From IMG/VR virus record IMGVR_UViG_3300029079_000067: a DNA stretch of 14,511 nt; one strand, 5' to 3'. Below are positions 9,109 to 14,511 of the stretch, piece after piece. The first letter of the stretch is position 1; the number at the start of each line of letters is the position of its first letter. Under the pieces are notes generated by a model. The model was not told the origin of the DNA. It did no database searches and saw nothing but the letters and a program-made list of their open reading frames with translations. Origin of the DNA: a virus (lineage: Duplodnaviria; Heunggongvirae; Uroviricota; Caudoviricetes). Both the position numbers and the translations under genes were made by a program.

Positions 9109-9435
9109 TTACTCCTTCGTGCTACCAAATTTGTTACCGATTACTCGCATTGCAGCCCCACGAATAGCATCGACACCGATCAGCCCAACACCGCCACCAA
9201 TGGCAACAGAAAGCGATTTAGGCCATCCGACATACTCAAGAGCGGATGCAAAGGTCAGCGTCAAAGCGCCACAGAGCAAAATCTCGAGCGTTTTTCGCTT
9301 CCAGCCACCACCACCGCCAAAATAGGCAATGCGCAAGCCAGCCATAACGATCGACATAATCACTGCGCCCAGCGGTGTGTCTCCACGCCACCAGCTCTGG
9401 ACCAACTCCAGCCAGGTATTTGGGTTATGAGGCAT
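9109..9435 (-). CDS. Holin, lambda S-like (class I)
   Basis: 108-aa membrane protein immediately upstream of the endolysin. Hydrophobic segments (GAVIMSIVMAGLRIAYFGGG, LEILLCGALTLTFASAL, VAIGGGVGLIGVDAI) and a basic C-terminal tail, the same architecture as lambda S. Confidence 0.75.
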   Translation of the reverse strand: MPHNPNTWLELVQSWWRGDTPLGAVIMSIVMAGLRIAYFGGGGGWKRKTLEILLCGALTLTFASALEYVGWPKSLSVAIGGGVGLIGVDAIRGAAMRVIGNKFGSTKE

Positions 9436-9580
9436 TTGTAGTTATCTCTCACCTCGCCGATACAGGAGGTGCAAATTGAGGGAGTACCACGAACCGCAAA
9501 TCAGAAGCGGAAACGTAAAAGAAGCCGAGCCACAGGTAACTACGGGATAGACCAACCCCAACGAACACCCAGGCCTAGAA

Positions 9581-9606
9581 ACAACAAAACCCGCTCATCG
9601 GCGGGG
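9581..9606 (-). terminator. Putative rho-independent terminator on the minus strand (tR'-like, upstream of the lysis cassette)
   Basis: Minus-strand reading: ccccgc-cgatga-gcggg stem-loop followed by ttttgttgtttc. The stem is short (5 bp plus 2 bp after a mismatch). The position resembles the lambda 6S-RNA terminator tR' between the late promoter and S. Confidence 0.3.
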
Positions 9607-9771
9607 TTAATCTGCGTGGCAAAGTAACCACTCTTAACAGATTACAAGAATTTTTGCGTACGCGTTAGATTTTTGCTATGTTTCTTATGCACTATAACGT
9701 TAGACATCAATAGGTTATAGCTATCAATCGGATTGTTTTATTAAAAACAGTCGTGCGGTAGCTATGCCTAA

Positions 9772-10527
9772 ATGCACTTAGGTTTTCATTCTGAGGGCCA
9801 AGAACAATTTATGACTTTCAAACTTATTAAGCATACGATTAATGTTGTATGGATCTCTAACATCATTACTCCATTGATGTTTTCATCTGAATGGTTTAGA
9901 AGATACGATTTGCTAAGAGAGGAAGATATAGCAAATTCAAACACAACTTTTGATGGTGATTCAATAACAACAGATTACGGTTGGATTGAGATTACGTGCA
10001 TACCAACAAAAGTAGTATTTCAACTGAAAAAAACAGGGCTTGAAAATTCCTTGGCAGACTTAGTGTCATCAATATTTTCTATGTTTCCTCATTCTGAGAC
10101 ACAAGCTGTTGGAATAAACACCCTTTTTGATTATCATTTTAATAATGAAACCAACTGGAATCAGTTAGGAGATGCATTAGTCCCCAAAATTTATTGGCAA
10201 GAACACAATAAATCAGAAATACTTCAGGATGAAGTTGAATATCATTATGGGATGAGAAATTTAGTCATTGCAATAGAAAACTCTAACAAGGAAGATAAAT
10301 CAATTTACAAAGAGGCTATCAATGTCTCTTATGCTTCGTATAGAAAAGTTAGTCCAGATGTATTTGGTTTAAATGTTCAATACAATCACGATCTAGCTTT
10401 GAAAGATATTCGTGACGCTGTTGCATTCACTCAATTACTCCCAAATATAATTCAAAAACATATTTCCGCAGCAATTAAGAATGATATCCTCAGCCATGAA
10501 CAAATGTTTAAGCGGATTCTATCATGA
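9772..10527 (+). CDS. Hypothetical protein, first gene of the AT-rich island
   Basis: 251-aa ORF with AT-rich codon usage. No motif I can recognise. Alternative start at ATG 9811. Stop overlaps the next gene's start (ATGA at 10524-10527). Confidence 0.55.
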   Translation: MHLGFHSEGQEQFMTFKLIKHTINVVWISNIITPLMFSSEWFRRYDLLREEDIANSNTTFDGDSITTDYGWIEITCIPTKVVFQLKKTGLENSLADLVSSIFSMFPHSETQAVGINTLFDYHFNNETNWNQLGDALVPKIYWQEHNKSEILQDEVEYHYGMRNLVIAIENSNKEDKSIYKEAINVSYASYRKVSPDVFGLNVQYNHDLALKDIRDAVAFTQLLPNIIQKHISAAIKNDILSHEQMFKRILS

Positions 10528-11096
10528 ATATATTAACCTATCCTGAAAATTCTTCCAGCCTTAGTAATACACGTTGCGTAACAAAAAAAGAAAAAAACAT
10601 TGAAACATTTGTAAAGACCCACAACATAACTCTTTCCTGTATAATTAAGACAGGTTTTGAAAATTATTCTGAAACATTTGAACAGCAGCAAGAAACTTGC
10701 AGCACAAAATATTCAACAAATATAATTGAAATACCTACTCCGCAACCATTCCCATCTACACAAAAAGGAGTGAAAAATAGAACTCAGCATAAAAAACTCA
10801 AGGCAAGACTTAAAGAAAAAATAACCTTTCTTGAAAAGGCATTAGATACTTATGGTATAATTGACAAAATTGTCAATATGAAATCAAATAAAGAAATACA
10901 TGCTAGAGTATATGATATAAACTCTCATGAATTCATTGATGAGATAACGTTCTCTTCAGATGAATTTAGTAAAAGCGATCAACAAAAACTTGTCGAAAAC
11001 GCTATTTTTTATTGGTATGTTGGTATGGAAAAAACTTTATTTGGACAAGAAAAAAGAGTATCCGAATTTCGCCTAAGAAGAATTTTTAAACAATAA
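10524..11096 (+). CDS. Hypothetical protein, second gene of the AT-rich island
   Basis: 190-aa ORF, translationally coupled to the upstream gene. Lys/Arg-rich central stretch (KGVKNRTQHKKLKARLKEK). No recognisable catalytic motif. Confidence 0.55.
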   Translation: MNILTYPENSSSLSNTRCVTKKEKNIETFVKTHNITLSCIIKTGFENYSETFEQQQETCSTKYSTNIIEIPTPQPFPSTQKGVKNRTQHKKLKARLKEKITFLEKALDTYGIIDKIVNMKSNKEIHARVYDINSHEFIDEITFSSDEFSKSDQQKLVENAIFYWYVGMEKTLFGQEKRVSEFRLRRIFKQ

Positions 11097-11119
11097 TTAG
11101 AAATTACGCAATACGGTGA

Positions 11120-12211
11120 ATGCAGGTGCCTACTGTTCAAAACTCTATCTGTGAAACAATTGTTTTTGGTAAAGGTATTGGCGAATCAATTGCCGTTCGT
11201 CTTGGGTTAAATGAATGGATGATTATTGATTCCTGTTTAAATGATAATAAACGCCCCGCAGCATTAGATTATCTGAAAGAAAAAGGTGTTAATCCACAAG
11301 ATGAAGTAAAACTGATAGTCATTAGTCATTTTCACGATGATCATATTAAAGGGATAGCCGAAATTATTAATAGTTGCAAAAATGCAAAAGTTGTAATTAG
11401 CGCAGCATTGAACACATCTGAATTTAGAGGATATATTAATGCACTAAGTGTTAATGGTGAGGATATGGCAAAAACTAAAGAAATAAACAAGGTCATGTCT
11501 TTATTCTATGATTTGCACAAAAATGATCGTCTTGTCCATGCAAAAAAAGACTGCATACTATTCAAAAGCAGCGAGAATATTCAAGTACATTCGTTATCGC
11601 CTTCTGATATGGATATAACAAACTCTGATCTTGAATTCGCAAACTCTACAAAATTATCATCAAATTTTAGCGAAATAGCCATGTCTGCTAAATTAGTTAA
11701 TCCTAATCACTACTGCGTTGTAATCAGAATATGCTCTCCAACATCAGAAAATAATGAAGTATTATTAGGCGCAGATTTAGAAGTTAGTAAAAACACTGGA
11801 TGGAATTCCGTTTGCAATGCAATAAATCGTCCAGAACCAAACTTAGCAGGTATTTTCAAACTTCCACACCACGGTTCCCAAACAGGCTTTCATGAGGAAA
11901 CATGGAACAAGCTAATCAAAAAAGGCCCTATTTCGATTTTAACCACTTATGATAAATCATCACTACCACGGCAGGATATGATCGACCTCTACAAATCAAA
12001 ATCATCAGCATTATACTGTACATCGATGCCTAAAAGTGATAACGCTCAAGAAAAATCACCTGCGATTGCTGAAGCACGGAGCATATTAGCGAAGATGAAA
12101 AGTTCAGTTTCATTTTCAAATAATAACAATAAATTTGGAATAGTTGCTGTTAGTAATTGCTTAACGTCTAGTCCTAAGGTTGAAACACATTACGCTGCTG
12201 TTTGCTTATAA
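11120..12211 (+). CDS. Metallo-beta-lactamase-fold hydrolase (putative nuclease or phosphodiesterase), third gene of the island
   Basis: 363-aa ORF with the MBL signature HxHxDH (VISHFHDDHIKG), an upstream Asp strand (WMIIDSC), a later metal-ligand Asp (LGADLE) and a PHHGS motif (KLPHHGSQTG) as in ComEC-type MBL domains. About 90 extra C-terminal residues. GTG at 11126 is an alternative start with GGTGA 8 nt upstream. Confidence 0.75.
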   Translation: MQVPTVQNSICETIVFGKGIGESIAVRLGLNEWMIIDSCLNDNKRPAALDYLKEKGVNPQDEVKLIVISHFHDDHIKGIAEIINSCKNAKVVISAALNTSEFRGYINALSVNGEDMAKTKEINKVMSLFYDLHKNDRLVHAKKDCILFKSSENIQVHSLSPSDMDITNSDLEFANSTKLSSNFSEIAMSAKLVNPNHYCVVIRICSPTSENNEVLLGADLEVSKNTGWNSVCNAINRPEPNLAGIFKLPHHGSQTGFHEETWNKLIKKGPISILTTYDKSSLPRQDMIDLYKSKSSALYCTSMPKSDNAQEKSPAIAEARSILAKMKSSVSFSNNNNKFGIVAVSNCLTSSPKVETHYAAVCL

Positions 12212-12226
12212 GGGGCACCGCCCCTT
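12210..12226. terminator. Hairpin shared by the convergent MBL gene and Q-like gene (probable terminator of the island operon)
   Basis: aagggg-caccg-cccctt, followed on the plus strand by acatatttaaaatac. Overlaps both stop codons (12209-12211 on plus, 12225-12227 on minus). Confidence 0.4.
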
Positions 12227-12587
12227 ACATATTTAAAATACTAAATACGCCTTCCACAAATCCAATTGCGGCTTGCAATTCTTTTCTGACAGTCCCATCT
12301 GAACATTTCCTTTTCTTTGCAATGGTACGTATTGATACTCCTATAACAAAATGGGCAACGATAAGTTCATACTCTTCTGGTTTGTACTTTCTTAATCTAG
12401 CTACGCACCCATCGATCATGAGCCCCTCATCATCATCACACTGAATCCGGGACTTTTTGCCATGAGGTAAAAGCCCCTTGAAGCCTGCTGCTATCGGCTG
12501 CCAGTCCACGCCACTGTTATCTGCTGCAGCCCATGCTCCCCAGCGGTCCAATACTTCATACATATCACGCATCAACTTTCTCCACAA
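12225..12587 (-). CDS. Q-like late-gene regulator / antiterminator candidate with a sigma-70 region-4-like HTH
   Basis: 120-aa product. C-terminal ELIVAHFVIGVSIRTIAKKRKCSDGTVRKELQAAIGFV resembles a sigma-70 region-4 helix-turn-helix. It sits between nin-like genes and the lysis cassette, the Q position in lambdoid phages. Assignment is positional plus motif; family not verified. Confidence 0.45.
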   Translation of the reverse strand: MWRKLMRDMYEVLDRWGAWAAADNSGVDWQPIAAGFKGLLPHGKKSRIQCDDDEGLMIDGCVARLRKYKPEEYELIVAHFVIGVSIRTIAKKRKCSDGTVRKELQAAIGFVEGVFSILNM

Positions 12588-12589
12588 AA

Positions 12590-13573
12590 TCAGGCCAGCA
12601 CGCCAATTGCCAGCGCACGATCGATAAAACGAAATATCAGCTCCAGCTTCTCTTCAAATGCCACGGTATCCGCATGCAGCTCGTCGTGATGCTTTCTGCA
12701 CAAAGGCAACACAAAGAGGTCATGCGCTTTTGTACCCATCCCACCCTGACCGTAGCCTATCAGGTGGTGGGGATCATCAGCAGGCTTTCCACAACATGCA
12801 CACGGCTGTGTCTTAACCCAGCGCGTGTACTTTTCATTAACCCAGCGGCGACGTTTTGGGCGTAACATAAAAGACTCCGGCGACTCCGGATCCACTTTCA
12901 GCGCCAGCACCTTTTTCGCCTTATCCTGGATGATGCTGGTGGCAGGAACCGAAGGCACAAGGTCACTTTCCCGGGTAACAGACGGCACAACAGGCTTCGG
13001 TAATCTCAGTGCCTTACGGGCTGCACTTTCCGGTAAGGCATCCGCCAGATCATTACGAATCAGCCACCAGCACAGTTCCGGCATTGTCACAACGTGACTG
13101 TCATCAAAACCGAGATCCCGACGCACAACAGACAACACCCAGCGGGCACAGTTATCCGTTGCCATTGATTCCAGCCGTTCCGTGAACTGATCGCGCAGCT
13201 GGTTATCGCAGTGCCAGCACAGACGGATTGCGCCCGGCGTGTGTCGCATTGTGGTCATGTTCTCGCTGTGCCAGTCGGAATGAGGCCACTGGCAACCTTT
13301 TTCACGAAGTAACCAGCGTTCAAGACATTCCACTCCACCAGCACGACGGATCACTGCCTCATTGCGGAACACGGCCCGAACGGCAGGATCATCCGCCAGC
13401 GGTTGTGATGCCGCCGGAACGGCACCACTGGCGAAAGATGAATAACGCTCCGGCTCAGGCTCCAGCAGGACACGCCCCTGCATAAACAGGGGCATCAGCT
13501 CTGAACCTGGCCTGAACAATACGATCCCCATACGCGGGGCAATTTCAGGGGTCAGTAGTGCTCTCACGGTCAC
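12590..13573 (-). CDS. Phage nin-region protein with a C-terminal HNH/zinc-finger-like motif (DUF968-like)
   Basis: 327-aa ORF. C-terminus has CACCGKPADDPHHLIGYGQGGMGTKAHDLFVLPLCRKHHDELH (Cys pairs and His-His as in HNH-type nucleases). Track start is a GTG at 13573, one nt after the upstream gene's stop; the first ATG is 14 codons in. Confidence 0.6.
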   Translation of the reverse strand: MTVRALLTPEIAPRMGIVLFRPGSELMPLFMQGRVLLEPEPERYSSFASGAVPAASQPLADDPAVRAVFRNEAVIRRAGGVECLERWLLREKGCQWPHSDWHSENMTTMRHTPGAIRLCWHCDNQLRDQFTERLESMATDNCARWVLSVVRRDLGFDDSHVVTMPELCWWLIRNDLADALPESAARKALRLPKPVVPSVTRESDLVPSVPATSIIQDKAKKVLALKVDPESPESFMLRPKRRRWVNEKYTRWVKTQPCACCGKPADDPHHLIGYGQGGMGTKAHDLFVLPLCRKHHDELHADTVAFEEKLELIFRFIDRALAIGVLA

Positions 13574-13574
13574 C

Positions 13575-14372
13575 TCAATGAACGGTATCGAGCAGCTTTA
13601 ACAGCTCAGGGAATCGGGATTCGAAGAAATGCGGCTGCGTCTCGCGCGGATTTGCGGGACTGGTGATGTTCTTGCCGAACATGCAGCCTTTCGCTGTCAG
13701 CGACCAGAATTTTTTGATGTTGTTAATCGCGGTACGACTGTATCGTTCGCGTTGTTCAACGATCCCCAGCTTCGCCATCTGGTGATATGCCTGATTAGCC
13801 GTCAGGCGGATACCATACTGTTTCAGCAGTGCACTCAGTGACAGTGTCGGGCGACTTGAGCCATCGTGTGCATCAGCAGGAGCATCAATGGCATAGCGCG
13901 GTGCCAGATTCGGTAAGCCAACAGCCTCCTGGAGTTTCTGACAGGCACCAAGCACAGATGAGTTAGACAGGTTTAACTCCCGACGCATAAAGTCCAGCAG
14001 AATCACACCAGCCTGCATCTTGTCAGCAGCCTGTCCGGATAATTTTTCCGGTGCGCTGGTTACCATGTCGAAAGTACGGATCACCTTCAGATGGAATGAC
14101 GGGCTGATCCACATTGCATAGGCATACACCAGTTCTTTGCAGACATACGTCCCCTGGTTATTTCCGCCACGAATAACGTTAACTGGCTCTATATTGACCG
14201 AGTTGCAAATCTGCAACTCGCTTATTAAATGCTCAGTTTGCTCATTGCGGAGCCAGAATGCAGGCTTATGCTTATCCAGAGAACCAGCAGCCCTGTGCAG
14301 ATCGTTCAGGCTGTAACGCCCATAAGCATCACGACGAACTTCAATACCATCAATAACCATCAGATTATTCAT
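13575..14372 (-). CDS. KilA-N domain protein (antirepressor / Roi-like)
   Basis: 265-aa product. N-terminal VIDGIEVRRDAYGRYSLNDLHRAAG...KPAFWLRNEQTEHLISEL...VIRGGNNQGTYVCKELVYAYAMWISPSFHLKVIRTF is a typical KilA-N/Bro-N-type DNA-binding domain. AGGAG lies 7 nt upstream of the ATG at 14372. Confidence 0.75.
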   Translation of the reverse strand: MNNLMVIDGIEVRRDAYGRYSLNDLHRAAGSLDKHKPAFWLRNEQTEHLISELQICNSVNIEPVNVIRGGNNQGTYVCKELVYAYAMWISPSFHLKVIRTFDMVTSAPEKLSGQAADKMQAGVILLDFMRRELNLSNSSVLGACQKLQEAVGLPNLAPRYAIDAPADAHDGSSRPTLSLSALLKQYGIRLTANQAYHQMAKLGIVEQRERYSRTAINNIKKFWSLTAKGCMFGKNITSPANPRETQPHFFESRFPELLKLLDTVH

Positions 14373-14391
14373 ACTTCGTTTCTCCTCTTAA

Positions 14392-14511
14392 TCAGGCGGC
14401 TGCACCCGCCGTTTTCTCGTACTTACTGATAGTGATCTCGACCTTCCCTTCCGGGATAACCGGTCCCCACTCCACCAGCATTCTTTTCACCTGACTGTCG
14501 TCTTCCCACAC
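14392..14511 (-). CDS. Partial CDS (C-terminal 39 codons), unknown product, continues beyond the right edge
   Basis: Open minus-strand frame from the window edge to TGA at 14392-14394 (...VWEDDSQVKRMLVEWGPVIPEGKVEITISKYEKTAGAAA*), directly upstream of the KilA-N gene's ribosome-binding site. Too short to assign. Confidence 0.3.
   Translation of the reverse strand: MWEDDSQVKRMLVEWGPVIPEGKVEITISKYEKTAGAAA

Noticed and set aside
8245-9325. Plus-strand ORFs 8245-8553 and 9119-9325
   Set aside because: Antisense to the Rz and holin genes respectively; no independent evidence.
10571-10590. Homopolymeric A runs (A7-G-A7 here; A8 at about 2027-2036 and 3788-3796) as possible phase-variation tracts
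   Set aside because: Short A runs are expected in AT-rich coding sequence; there is no repeat-length evidence or frame-restoring alternative to suggest slipped-strand switching.
12202-14429. Plus-strand ORFs 12202-12444, 12533-12865, 12825-13097, 13228-13485, 13629-13841 and 14229-14429
   Set aside because: Each is antisense to a longer minus-strand gene with recognisable motifs (HTH, HNH-like, KilA-N); treated as shadow ORFs.

Overview
The window reads as one end of a defective lambdoid/e14-like enterobacterial prophage carrying two cargo islands. Left to right: (i) a complete EcoRII-like type IIE restriction-modification pair (R 1-1209 +, M 1244-2677 -, convergent); (ii) a GIY-YIG-domain nuclease-like protein (3084-3857 +); (iii) a Pin/Gin-family serine invertase (3915-4469 -) with one recognisable crossover site, a silent tail-fibre variable cassette and a truncated tail-fibre assembly gene; (iv) a deletion junction near 5260 that fuses that fragment to the 3' end of a large terminase gene, followed on the minus strand by terminase small subunit, a cos-like gap, a phage HNH endonuclease, an Rz/Rz1 spanin pair, a lambda R-type endolysin and an S-type holin; (v) a visibly AT-rich three-gene operon on the opposite strand (9772-12211) ending in a metallo-beta-lactamase-fold hydrolase, inserted between the lysis cassette and a Q-like late regulator; (vi) nin-region-like genes (HNH-motif protein, KilA-N protein) and a partial ORF at the right edge. 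No rRNA, tRNA or CRISPR array was seen. The best candidates for an undescribed system are the AT-rich three-gene island and the GIY-YIG protein sitting where prophage e14 carries mcrA. All homology statements are from memory and motif reading; no searches or composition calculations were run.
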